A stretch of DNA of 64,000 nt from Candidatus Omnitrophota bacterium (GCA_040753435.1 JBFMEN010000029.1:8173-72172), one strand, 5' to 3'. Shown: positions 12,157 through 20,740, counted from the stretch's first letter. Translations and numbers: made by a program. Notes: generated by a model not told the origin, from the letters alone.

Positions 12157-13017
12157 ATGGAGAAACGATCTGCTTTGGGTAAAGGTCTTTCCGCTTTGAT
12201 TCCGGAATATGTTGATGACGGCACGGGGGCTCCTGAAGAGAAAAACATTGCCAATATCAAAACGGCTTTGATTAAATATAATTCATTTCAGCCGCGCCTT
12301 CATTATGGGCCGGAAGCGCTTGAAGAGCTGAAGGTTTCTATTAAAGAGAAGGGCATCCTGCAGCCGATTCTTGTTCGCCCAAATGGCGACGGATATGAAG
12401 TTATCGCCGGAGAACGACGGTTAAGAGCCGCCCAGGCCCTGGGGATGAGCGAAGTTCCGGCGGTGATCAAGGATGTCTCGAATGAAGAAGCCCTGGTCCT
12501 TGCGCTTATTGAGAACATACAACGTGAAGAATTAAATGCAATTGAAGAGGCCAAGGCGTTCAAGCGGCTGATTGATGAGTTTGCCTTAACCCAGGAACAG
12601 GTTGCAGATTCCGTCGGGAAAGACAGGTCGACGGTTGCCAACATTTTAAGGCTTTTAAAACTTCCGGACAAAATTCAGGAAGCCGTCGGGAAAGACCTGA
12701 TCTCAATGGGCCACGCAAGAGCGCTGCTAAGCATTGCCGACGAGAAACAACAATATCAGGCGTTTCTTGAAATTCTCGAGAAGGGGATCTCGGTGCGTCA
12801 GGCCGAAGAACTGACGAGGAAGGCGATGCCCGACGAGAAAAAAAAGAAGCTTTTAGATAAAGAGAAAGATCATGAAATCCGGGCATTGGAAGAAGAGTTA
12901 AGGGCGATTTTTGGTACGAAGGTTTCTGTTGAGACAAAGAAAAAACGGGGAAAGCTTGTTATTGAATACTACAGCCTGGATGACCTCGACCGCATACTTG
13001 AGATTTTAAGAAAATAA
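12157..13017 (+). CDS. parB: Chromosome partitioning protein ParB/Spo0J
   Basis: ParB box GERRLRAA and an HTH region (QEQVADSVGKDRSTVANILRLLKL). Confidence 0.92.
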   Translation: MEKRSALGKGLSALIPEYVDDGTGAPEEKNIANIKTALIKYNSFQPRLHYGPEALEELKVSIKEKGILQPILVRPNGDGYEVIAGERRLRAAQALGMSEVPAVIKDVSNEEALVLALIENIQREELNAIEEAKAFKRLIDEFALTQEQVADSVGKDRSTVANILRLLKLPDKIQEAVGKDLISMGHARALLSIADEKQQYQAFLEILEKGISVRQAEELTRKAMPDEKKKKLLDKEKDHEIRALEEELRAIFGTKVSVETKKKRGKLVIEYYSLDDLDRILEILRK

Positions 13018-13237
13018 ACAAAAGAGACGCGACGCCAAGAAAACCGGAAAACATAGTGTTTTTTTGTCCCGGTCCGACGCTGATTGCTTTTCACCGATAA
13101 AGAGATGATCCGCTAAAAATCAATTGAATGTTGGTGACAAGCTTCGAGTAAAATAAAAAAGTTCGAGCAGACAGGTTTCAGGTTGAAATTTTTCATCAAT
13201 TGAGCCGAATCAATTGATTTTTAACACAGGAGCAACA

Positions 13238-14059
13238 ATGATCAAAGGAATGACCGGATACGGAACGGCACAGGTTAATGCGGGGCAAATCAAAGGGGTA
13301 ATCGAGGTAAAGAGTGTTAACCACCGCTATTTAGATTTAGCCTTTTATCTTCCCCTGGGATTTGGGGCCGCAGAAAACGAGATCAGACAGGTGATTGCGC
13401 AGAAAGTGCAGCGAGGGAGAATCACGGTTTCATTTAAAATTACTGATAAGCCGGAGCCGAAAATTGTTTTGAACAGGGGGGCCGTTAAACAGTATTTAAA
13501 TTATGCCCACATGCTGAAGAAAGAGTTTAATTTGGAGAACAATATCAGCGTCTCGGACATCATCAAGCTCCCGGGGGTTTCGGAAGCCCATGATGTTTTC
13601 GTCAGTCCGGAAAAAATCTGGCCTGCCCTTGAGCGAGCCCTGTTTCGTGCCGTGAACGGACTTCATTCTATGAGACAGCGAGAAGGCCGCGCATTAGCCA
13701 GAGACATTAACAGTCTGTTAACGCGCATGTTGAAAATGGTTAAGAAAATTCAAACCAGAGCGCTGACTGTTTTAAAAGAAAAAAAGCGGTTTATGACAAT
13801 CGAAGAATTTTCTTCATATCAAAAAAGCATTGATATTAATGAAGAAATGGCGCGACTGGTTCACTACATTGACGAGTTCCGGACGCTGTTAAAATCTCCT
13901 TCGGGGGTCGGCAAGAAGATGGATTTTATCGGCCAGGAAATGCAACGCGAAACAAATACAATCGGATCAAAGCTTCAGGATAAAATTGTTTCAAATTGTG
14001 TCATTGCGATAAAAAGCAAGATCGAAAAACTCCGTGAGCAGGCGCAAAACATAGAATAG
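13238..14059 (+). CDS. YicC-family stress-induced protein
   Basis: The N-terminus MIKGMTGYG is diagnostic of the YicC_N domain. A coiled-coil C-terminus follows. The track ORF starts at 13214. Confidence 0.8.
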   Translation: MIKGMTGYGTAQVNAGQIKGVIEVKSVNHRYLDLAFYLPLGFGAAENEIRQVIAQKVQRGRITVSFKITDKPEPKIVLNRGAVKQYLNYAHMLKKEFNLENNISVSDIIKLPGVSEAHDVFVSPEKIWPALERALFRAVNGLHSMRQREGRALARDINSLLTRMLKMVKKIQTRALTVLKEKKRFMTIEEFSSYQKSIDINEEMARLVHYIDEFRTLLKSPSGVGKKMDFIGQEMQRETNTIGSKLQDKIVSNCVIAIKSKIEKLREQAQNIE

Positions 14060-14115
14060 ACAGAAAAAGGGATGGGGGAAGGACGAAAGCCCGAGCCCCT
14101 TTTCGTTTAAAAGCT

Positions 14116-14688
14116 ATGACAAGAGGAAAAATATTCATTCTCTCTGGCCCTTCCGGTTCCGGAAAGACAACTATACACGAGCACATTCTTTCATCAAAAG
14201 CCTTAAAAAACAAGCTTGTCCGTTCGATATCTATGACAACCAGGCCCAGGCGGGAAAATGAGAAACAGGGCCGCGAGTATTTTTTTGTCAGCCGCAAAAT
14301 GTTTGAGTATAAAATAAGGGCCGGGCATTTTCTTGAATGGGCCAAGGTCTTTACGAATTATTACGGAACTCCGGCAAAAAAAGTCAACGATGTCGTTGCT
14401 AAAGGCAAAAGTGTTCTTTTGTGCATTGATGTCCAGGGAGCGGCGCAAATAAAGGCCTGTTATCCCGAAGCCATTTCGATTTTTATCATGCCTCCTTCTC
14501 AAAAAGAGCTTGAATCGCGGTTGCGGAAGAGGTCGACAGAGGACAAAAAAGCATTAGGCATTCGTCTTTCAGAAGCAAAACAAGAGATGGCCAAGGCAAA
14601 AGACTACAACCACGTCGTTATTAATAAAGACCTTCCCACTGCTTGTAACCAGGTCAAAGAAATAATCTTAAAGAATGTCAATAAATAA
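14116..14688 (+). CDS. gmk: Guanylate kinase
   Basis: P-loop ILSGPSGSGKTT. 190 aa. The usual yicC-gmk-rpoZ gene order. Confidence 0.93.
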   Translation: MTRGKIFILSGPSGSGKTTIHEHILSSKALKNKLVRSISMTTRPRRENEKQGREYFFVSRKMFEYKIRAGHFLEWAKVFTNYYGTPAKKVNDVVAKGKSVLLCIDVQGAAQIKACYPEAISIFIMPPSQKELESRLRKRSTEDKKALGIRLSEAKQEMAKAKDYNHVVINKDLPTACNQVKEIILKNVNK

Positions 14689-14732
14689 ATATTTTCGGGA
14701 AAGGCGAATTCCTTTTCACGGCGGATTTTCTT

Positions 14733-14761
14733 TTGACAAACCAGGAAGGTTGTGATATAAA
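14733..14761 (+). promoter_or_regulatory. Extended -10 sigma-70 promoter upstream of rpoZ (-35 TTGACA, 17-nt spacer, TGaTATAAA)
   Basis: -35 at 14733-14738, TG at 14753-14754, -10 at 14756-14761. Shine-Dalgarno AGGAGG at 14819-14824 and ATG at 14832. Confidence 0.55.
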
Positions 14762-14831
14762 TTAAAACTTGTTATTTTTAAGGGATTTATATAAATAAGT
14801 CTTATGAAAAAGGCTTTTAGGAGGCAAAACA

Positions 14832-15107
14832 ATGGGACACCCCCCGATTGAAAAACTTTTACCAAAGAGTGAAAATAGCGTATACAAACTTGTTCGGCTG
14901 GCCGCAAGAAGAGCCGCTGAATTAGCTTCGGGACGGAAGCCCTTGGTTGCGGCGGACTTGAAAACAAAAACGGCAACGCTGGCGCTGGAAGAGATCCAGG
15001 CCGGGATGGTTGTATTAAAAGAAGTCGCCGATGAGTTCAAGCCGGAAAAGGGTGAGAAGCCCGAGCCTGCTTCTGTCGAAAATGCCGAAAATGAACCCGC
15101 AAGTTAA
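14832..15107 (+). CDS. rpoZ: DNA-directed RNA polymerase omega subunit
   Basis: KLVRLAARRAAEL and ALEEIQAGMV match the RpoZ consensus. Confidence 0.88.
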   Translation: MGHPPIEKLLPKSENSVYKLVRLAARRAAELASGRKPLVAADLKTKTATLALEEIQAGMVVLKEVADEFKPEKGEKPEPASVENAENEPAS

Positions 15108-15645
15108 GCATATTGTTTTGGGAGTTACTGGAAGCATCGCGGCTTACAAGGCAGCGGATATCGTTCGATGTTTGAAAAAAAAAGGCTGCCGCGTCTCGGT
15201 TATCATGACTCGCTCCGCCCAGGAATTTATTACACCTTTGACAATGGCTATTTTGTCTGAGGAGAAAGTCTGGCGCTCCATGTTTGAAGATGAAGCGCAG
15301 GAACGGATGTTGAATCATCTTTGTTTGGCCCAGGCTGCCGATGTGTTTGTGATAGCCCCGGCTACGGCCAACGTGATCGGGAAAGTTGCCAATGGCATAG
15401 CGGACGATCTTTTAACGGCTGTTGCCATGGCCACACGCGCTCCGGTGATCGTTGCTCCTGCAATGAATGATAAGATGTGGACAAATCCGAGGGTTCAAGA
15501 AAACTGCAAAAAGCTGCAGAGCCAGGGAGTCATATTTGTGGGACCGAAAGAAGGCGGGTTGGCTTGCGGGGTTTATGGACCGGGGCATATTGCGGACGTC
15601 GATGAGATTGTTAATGAAATCGAAAAATTAACGCGTAATGCATAA
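15082..15645 (+). CDS. coaC: Phosphopantothenoylcysteine decarboxylase flavoprotein (CoaC domain only; no CoaB ligase domain is fused)
   Basis: HIVLGVTGSIAAYKAADIVRCLKKKGCRVSVIMTRSA and PAMNDKMW match the CoaC flavoprotein. At about 185 aa it is too short for a bifunctional CoaBC. The start overlaps the rpoZ 3' end. The track ORF begins at 15031. Confidence 0.8.
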   Translation: MPKMNPQVKHIVLGVTGSIAAYKAADIVRCLKKKGCRVSVIMTRSAQEFITPLTMAILSEEKVWRSMFEDEAQERMLNHLCLAQAADVFVIAPATANVIGKVANGIADDLLTAVAMATRAPVIVAPAMNDKMWTNPRVQENCKKLQSQGVIFVGPKEGGLACGVYGPGHIADVDEIVNEIEKLTRNA

Positions 15646-15713
15646 TCGGCAACAAGAACATGTGCCGTGTTGCTTACGCGTCATTTTTTAAATGCTCATT
15701 GAAAAAATTTGAT

Positions 15714-15787
15714 GGTGACGTGGCCGAGTGGTTAGGCAGAGGTCTGCAAAACCTCGTACAGCGGTTCGAACCCGCTCGTCACCTCCA
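15714..15787 (+). tRNA. tRNA-Cys (anticodon GCA), CCA encoded
   Basis: Acceptor GGTGACG/CGTCACC. Anticodon stem GAGGT/ACCTC with loop CTGCAAA. T-loop TTCGAAC. Confidence 0.8.
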
Positions 15788-15914
15788 GCTTCAGAATTAA
15801 GAAATAAGAAAAAAACCAAAATCAGGACAGGTTTTTTAAAAAGTTCTCATTTGTATTTTTGGTTTTAAATGTTTTTGTATTATTTCTTATTGCTCAATGA
15901 TTATTTGTAAAGAG

Positions 15915-15997
15915 GGGCAAGTGGTGGAATGGCATACACGCAGGACTTAAAATCCTGTGGCCGCAAGGCTGTGTGGGTTCGACTCCCACCTTGCCCA
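15915..15997 (+). tRNA. tRNA-Leu (anticodon UAA), long variable arm
   Basis: Acceptor GGGCAAG/CTTGCCC. Anticodon stem CAGGA/TCCTG with loop CTTAAAA. Variable arm gtggccgcaaggctgt. T-arm GTGGG-TTCGACT-CCCAC. Confidence 0.75.
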
Positions 15998-16052
15998 TAT
16001 CGTTGGAAGAAGCAAGAAGAGCGAGCCTTTATAAATAGTGTGAATTTTAGAA

Positions 16053-16129
16053 GGACCCGTAGCTCAGTTGGTTAGAGCGCTTCCTTGACATGGAAGAGGT
16101 CACAGGTTCGAGTCCTGTCGGGTCCACCA
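16053..16129 (+). tRNA. tRNA-Val (anticodon GAC), CCA encoded
   Basis: Acceptor GGACCCG/CGGGTCC. D-arm TAGCTCAGTTGGTTAGAGC. Anticodon loop TTGACAT. T-arm ACAGG-TTCGAGT-CCTGT. Confidence 0.85.
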
Positions 16130-16162
16130 TTTGATCGCGCCCCGTTTTAAGACCAGAAGATG
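16070..16162 (+). repeat. Direct repeat copy 1 (93 bp). It spans the 3' two-thirds of tRNA-Val plus 33 bp downstream and ends in agaagATG.
   Basis: Identical to 16466-16558 except for 4 substitutions. Confidence 0.85.
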
Positions 16163-16471
16163 GCTGAAAAAACTTTATGCTGGGTTTATGTATTGAAGAG
16201 TTTGAAGAACGGGAAGCGATATGTCGGGTTTACCAAATTGCTTCCCGAACGACGGTTAAAGCAACACAACAATGGAAGCAATAAATGGACAAGGGAAAAC
16301 GGTCCGTTTAGACTAATTTATTCGGAGTCGTATGAAAGCCCAAGAGCGGCAAGACAGCGAGAACGGTTTTTAAAGAGCGGCGTCGGCAGAAAATTTTTAG
16401 ACAGTGCGTTATTTGATGTTACGAGCGGCTCAGTTTCCGCCAAAGGCGGACCCGCCTCTGGCGGGGGTTAG
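16160..16471 (+). CDS. GIY-YIG nuclease superfamily protein (small, stand-alone)
   Basis: WVYVLKSLKNGKRYVGFTKLLPERRLKQHNNG... has GIY-YIG-like core spacing (YV....Y.G.T..L..R...H). Its ATG is the last triplet of direct repeat copy 1. The last two codons lie in repeat copy 2. Confidence 0.6.
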   Translation: MAEKTLCWVYVLKSLKNGKRYVGFTKLLPERRLKQHNNGSNKWTRENGPFRLIYSESYESPRAARQRERFLKSGVGRKFLDSALFDVTSGSVSAKGGPASGGG

Positions 16472-16558
16472 AGCGCTTCCTTGACATGGAAGAGGTCACA
16501 GGTTCGAGTCCTGTCGGGTCCACCATTTGATTGCACCCCGTTTTAAGATTAGAAGATG
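16466..16558 (+). repeat. Direct repeat copy 2. It carries a partial tRNA-Val copy (D-arm to 3' end at 16466-16525, a 3' remnant that is not a functional tRNA) plus 33 bp.
   Basis: The sequence ggttagagcgcttccttgacatggaagaggtcacaggttcgagtcctgtcgggtccaccatttgat... is duplicated. The 5' acceptor strand is missing. Confidence 0.85.
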
Positions 16559-16576
16559 TATACTTGAGACATTTTT

Positions 16577-18322
16577 ATGAACAATGAACATTTAAACAAA
16601 TTACGACACAGCTGTGCTCACGTGATGGCCCAGGCGGTCAAAAAGCTTTGGCCTGAAACGAAGATCGCAATCGGACCGGCTATTGAAAACGGGTTTTACT
16701 ATGATTTTGATAAACCCGAACCCTTTACCGACAAAGATCTGCGCATCATTGAAAAAGAGATGCGCTGTATTATTAGCAAAAAGCCTGACATGGCCTGCTC
16801 CTTGCTCCCTCGAGAAGAGGCAATAAAGTTCTTTGAAAAACAAAATGAAATTTATAAAGTAGAACTTATTCGCAACATCCCTGACGAAAAAGTTTCCCTT
16901 TACAAAACAGGAGAGGATTTCGTTGACCTTTGCAAAGGACCTCATGTTGAAAATGCCGGCGAGATTAAAGCAGATGCATTTAAGTTGTTGTCTGTGGCGG
17001 GGGCGTATTGGCGGGGCGATGAAACCAAGCCCATGCTCCAGCGTATTTACGGCACATGCTTTGAATCAAAGGCTGAACTCGACGAATATTTGAAATTGCT
17101 TGATGAGGCTGAAAAACGCGATCACCGCAGGCTGGGAACACAGCTGGATCTGTTTCATATTTATCATGAAGAAGCCGGAGCCGGCCTTGTTTTTTATCAT
17201 CCCAACGGCGCCATCCTCCGCAAGATCATAGAAGATTATGCGAAGGAAAAGCATTTGAAAAACGGATATGAACTGATCATGACGCCGAACATTTTGAAAG
17301 GAAAGCTGTGGGACCAGAGTGGACATTCGGGATATTATCGCGAGAACATGTATTATTTTGAAGTTGACGAGGAAGATTATGCCGTGAAGCCCATGAATTG
17401 CCCGGGGCACATGCTTATTTATAAATCACGGCTGCATTCTTATCGTGAGTTCCCTATACGCTGGTTTGAGCTTGGAACCGTTTACCGCCAGGAAAAAGCC
17501 GGGGTTCTTCACGGGTTGCTGCGCGTGAGGGGTTTTACTCAGGATGACGCCCATATTTTTTGCATGAAAGAACAATTGAAAGATGAAATCAAGGGCGTTT
17601 TGGAATTTGTTTTTTCAACGATGAAAGACTTCGGATTTAGCGCCTGGGATGTCGAGATCAGCACCCAGCCAGAAAAACACATTGGAGATGATAAGGATTG
17701 GGAATATGCCACCGAGGTGCTGAAAAGTTCTTTGAAAGAAAAAGAGATTGATTTCAAAATCAACGAGGGCGACGGCGCTTTTTACGGACCGAAGATCGAT
17801 ATTAAACTCAAAGACGCTATCGGGCGTTCGTGGCAGTGCGCGACAATTCAATGCGATTTTGCGTTACCGGAACGTTTTGACCTGACCTATATGAATGAGG
17901 AAGGGCAACAGATCCGGCCGGTCATGATTCATCGGGCTGTTTTCGGGAGTCTGGAACGATTTATTGGCACGTTAATCGAACATTATGCTGGAAATTTCCC
18001 TGTCTGGCTGGCGCCTGTCCAGAGCGTAGTGATCCCTATTGGCGACGGGCACATAGAGTTTGCCCAAAAGGTCAAAGAACAATTGCAGGGGCAGGGTTTC
18101 CGTGTTACGCTTGATAACAGAAATGAAAGTCTCGGCAAAAGAGTGCGCGAGAACGCGATGAAAAAAGTCCCGTATGTTTTGATCATCGGGGACAAGGAAA
18201 AAGAAGCCGGACAGGTTTCGGTGCGTAAGCGCGGGAATGAAGATTTGGGCGCGATGGATGTGAATATGTTTATTAAGCGATTGAAGGAAGAAAGTGAAAA
18301 TAAATTGGCGGCTGGCAACTAG
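16577..18322 (+). CDS. thrS: Threonine--tRNA ligase (no N-terminal TGS domain; begins at the editing-domain HxxxH region)
   Basis: RHSCAHVMAQAV (editing domain), class II motifs (FRQEKAGVLHGLLRVRGFTQDDAHIF), and a C-terminal anticodon-binding domain. 581 aa. Confidence 0.93.
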   Translation: MNNEHLNKLRHSCAHVMAQAVKKLWPETKIAIGPAIENGFYYDFDKPEPFTDKDLRIIEKEMRCIISKKPDMACSLLPREEAIKFFEKQNEIYKVELIRNIPDEKVSLYKTGEDFVDLCKGPHVENAGEIKADAFKLLSVAGAYWRGDETKPMLQRIYGTCFESKAELDEYLKLLDEAEKRDHRRLGTQLDLFHIYHEEAGAGLVFYHPNGAILRKIIEDYAKEKHLKNGYELIMTPNILKGKLWDQSGHSGYYRENMYYFEVDEEDYAVKPMNCPGHMLIYKSRLHSYREFPIRWFELGTVYRQEKAGVLHGLLRVRGFTQDDAHIFCMKEQLKDEIKGVLEFVFSTMKDFGFSAWDVEISTQPEKHIGDDKDWEYATEVLKSSLKEKEIDFKINEGDGAFYGPKIDIKLKDAIGRSWQCATIQCDFALPERFDLTYMNEEGQQIRPVMIHRAVFGSLERFIGTLIEHYAGNFPVWLAPVQSVVIPIGDGHIEFAQKVKEQLQGQGFRVTLDNRNESLGKRVRENAMKKVPYVLIIGDKEKEAGQVSVRKRGNEDLGAMDVNMFIKRLKEESENKLAAGN

Positions 18323-18387
18323 CTTTTAGCAGCTAGAGGCGAGATGCTGGCTTGCCTTAGCTAATCATAGAAACAGGAGGTGCTGTT

Positions 18388-18906
18388 ATCCAAAAATTCG
18401 TTCGAGTTAATGACCGGATTCGTGTTCCTGAAGTGAGAGTGATCGGTGCTGATTCTTCACAGCTTGGCGTGCTCCCGATCAAGCGCGCTCTAGAGATTGC
18501 TGAAGAAAGCGGACTCGATCTTGTCGAAGTTGCTCCTACCGCTAAACCCCCGGTTTGCCGGATAATGGATTATAGCAAATACAAGTATGAGCAAGAAAAG
18601 AAGGAACGGCGGATCAAAAAAAGTCAGAAGATTTCCCATTTAAAACAGATCCGGTTAAAACCACATATTGACGAGGGGGATTACCAGGTAAAACTTAAAA
18701 TGGCCATCAGCTTTTTGACAAAGCATGACAAGGTCAGAGTGAACCTGTTTTTCCGCGGTCGGGAAATGGCTTTTAGGGATCAGGGAAAATCATTGCTTGA
18801 ACGGTTTGTTGTAGACACTCAAGAGGCCGGAACTTCTGAAGGAGCCCCGAAGGCCGAAGGCCGAACGATGTTTGTCGTGATAGCACCAAAGTCGGAAAAG
18901 AAGTAA
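18388..18906 (+). CDS. infC: Translation initiation factor IF-3. A non-AUG start (AUC at 18388) is likely. The track ORF starts at a GTG at 18433.
   Basis: The IF-3 N-terminus ...IRVPEVRVIGADSSQLGVLPIKRALEIAEESGLDLVEV is in frame upstream of 18433 and stays open back to the stop at 18358-18360. AGGAGG at 18375-18380 lies 7 nt before the AUC. infC is known to use rare start codons for autoregulation. Confidence 0.7.
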   Translation: MQKFVRVNDRIRVPEVRVIGADSSQLGVLPIKRALEIAEESGLDLVEVAPTAKPPVCRIMDYSKYKYEQEKKERRIKKSQKISHLKQIRLKPHIDEGDYQVKLKMAISFLTKHDKVRVNLFFRGREMAFRDQGKSLLERFVVDTQEAGTSEGAPKAEGRTMFVVIAPKSEKK

Positions 18907-19020
18907 ATGACAGGATTAAGCCTGCCTTCGGCAGGCAGGAATTAAAGGATATAAGGATTAGCAGCAGGTGTTTTAATCCGTATCCCTTAATCCGGTAATC
19001 CTTAATAAGGAGTAACAGAA

Positions 19021-19224
19021 ATGCCAAAGTTAAAAACAAATAAATCAGCCGCAAAGCGTTTCAAGATCACGAAGTCCGGAAAGATCAAGAAACGCAGCGC
19101 TAATCGCGGACATATTTTAGGGAAGATGTCGCGCAAGCGAAAGAGAAAGCTTCGTCATAGCAGCTATCTTGATAAAGTAGAAGTAAAGAAGATAAGGAGG
19201 TTGTTGCCTTATGGTTCGAATTAA
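19021..19224 (+). CDS. rpmI: 50S ribosomal protein L35
   Basis: [33 protein letters not shown] matches the L35 consensus. Confidence 0.9.
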   Translation: MPKLKTNKSAAKRFKITKSGKIKKRSANRGHILGKMSRKRKRKLRHSSYLDKVEVKKIRRLLPYGSN

Positions 19225-19594
19225 AGCAACTGTTCCGCGAAGAAAGGGCCGAAAGCGGGTTTTTAAGAAAACTGCTGGCCAGTTTGGTAAGCGGAAAAAT
19301 AATTACAGGCAAGCTATCCGTTCTCTTAAAAAGGGAATGGCCTATTCCTACAGAGACCGTAAAGTCAAAAAGCGGGATTTCCGCGCGCTTTGGATTGTGC
19401 GTCTTAACGCCGCTTGCCGGGAAGAAGGAATTACTTACAGCCGGTTTATTAACGGGTTAAAAAACGCCAACGTTGAGGTTAACCGCAAACTCCTGGCTGA
19501 TTTGGCGGTAATTGATCCTGTGGCTTTCTCCAAAATCGCGGCGCTTGCCAAACAATCCGTTTCAACGCCAGCCGTTCAAGCTGTAAAAGCGTAA
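19211..19594 (+). CDS. rplT: 50S ribosomal protein L20
   Basis: [35 protein letters not shown] matches the L20 consensus. It overlaps the rpmI end, as is typical. Confidence 0.92.
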   Translation: MVRIKATVPRRKGRKRVFKKTAGQFGKRKNNYRQAIRSLKKGMAYSYRDRKVKKRDFRALWIVRLNAACREEGITYSRFINGLKNANVEVNRKLLADLAVIDPVAFSKIAALAKQSVSTPAVQAVKA

Positions 19595-19632
19595 AAAGTT
19601 ATTTACAAACAAAAACCATAGTTTTATTTTAT

Positions 19633-19681
19633 GTAGAGACGTCCCTTGCCTGCCGGCAGACAGGCGCAGGGACGTCTCTAC
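19633..19681 (+). repeat. Palindromic element copy 1: GTAGAGACGTCCCT ... AGGGACGTCTCTAC (14-bp stem) enclosing an inner palindrome tgcctgccggcagacaggcgc. It lies in the pheS 5' UTR.
   Basis: Read directly. The same 13-nt arms recur at 23594-23622. Confidence 0.8.
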
Positions 19682-19702
19682 TGGTTAAAAGACAGGAAGA
19701 AA

Positions 19703-20740
19703 ATGTCCCGGGATATTGAGCTCATCAAGAAGGAAGCGCTGTCGGAATTGGCACAGGTGACGGATGCCAAAGCTCTGGAGATTTTTCGGATCAAATATCT
19801 GGGCAAAAAGGGAGTTGTTCAAGAGATGTACGCGTCGCTTGCTTCCGCTCCGGTTGAGGAAAAACGCGAGATAGGAAAGAACGCGAATATTTTGAAAACT
19901 GAGCTGAGCCGGATGTTCGATGAAAAGCAGGCGGCCGTGGATGAGATGCAAAAAAAGGCATCGAGAAAAATTATTGATATAACCATGCCCGGAGCCGGCC
20001 AGGACAAAGGCCACCGTCATGTGCTTCATCAGACTATCGACGATATTTGCAGAATTTTCGAAGGTTTTGGTTTTGTGGTTGAAGAAGGGCCCGAGGTCGA
20101 GACCGAGTTTCACAATTTCGACGCGCTGAATATTCCCGCCGAGCATCCTTCCCGTGACGGATTCGACACGTTTTATGTGGATGAAAAAGATCCGGACGAT
20201 CCCCGAAAAAATCAGTTGCTGCGCAGCCAGACTTCACCGGTCCAGATCCGCGTGATGCAGCGTCATCAGCCGCCTTTGGCGGTGGTCGTGCCTGGAAAAG
20301 TTTACCGGCCGGACGCGGTCGACGCAAGCCACTCGTTTATGTTTCATCAAATTGAAGGACTTCTTGTTGACCAAGACGTGAAATTTTCAGACCTGAAAGG
20401 GTTGATTGAGGCTTTTTTGAAAAAGCTTTTCGGTCAGGAAATCAAGATGCGTTTTCGTCCCCATTTTTTTCCTTTTACCGAACCCTCGGCGGAAGTGGAC
20501 ATTTCCTGTTACATTTGTAAAGGCAAAGGGTGTTCGGTGTGCAAGCGAACCGGATGGCTTGAGATCATGGGCTGCGGCATGGTTCATCCAAAAGTTTTTG
20601 AAGCTGCGGGATATTCGTCGGGAAAATACACAGGGCTCGCGTTCGGTTTGGGGGTGGAGCGACTGACGATGCTGCGTTACGGAATCCATGACATCCGCTT
20701 GTTTTTTGAAAACGATTTGAGGTTCTTGAAACAATTTTGA
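19703..20740 (+). CDS. pheS: Phenylalanine--tRNA ligase alpha subunit
   Basis: Class II core (FRPHFFPFTEPSAEVD, GCGMVHPKVF). The ATG at 19703 gives 345 aa. The track start at 19646 lies inside the hairpin and is rejected. Confidence 0.92.
   Translation: MSRDIELIKKEALSELAQVTDAKALEIFRIKYLGKKGVVQEMYASLASAPVEEKREIGKNANILKTELSRMFDEKQAAVDEMQKKASRKIIDITMPGAGQDKGHRHVLHQTIDDICRIFEGFGFVVEEGPEVETEFHNFDALNIPAEHPSRDGFDTFYVDEKDPDDPRKNQLLRSQTSPVQIRVMQRHQPPLAVVVPGKVYRPDAVDASHSFMFHQIEGLLVDQDVKFSDLKGLIEAFLKKLFGQEIKMRFRPHFFPFTEPSAEVDISCYICKGKGCSVCKRTGWLEIMGCGMVHPKVFEAAGYSSGKYTGLAFGLGVERLTMLRYGIHDIRLFFENDLRFLKQF

Noticed and set aside
19646-19702. Track start of pheS at 19646
   Set aside because: It lies inside the 49-bp palindromic hairpin. 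PheS homology, plus a Shine-Dalgarno sequence, begins at the ATG at 19703.
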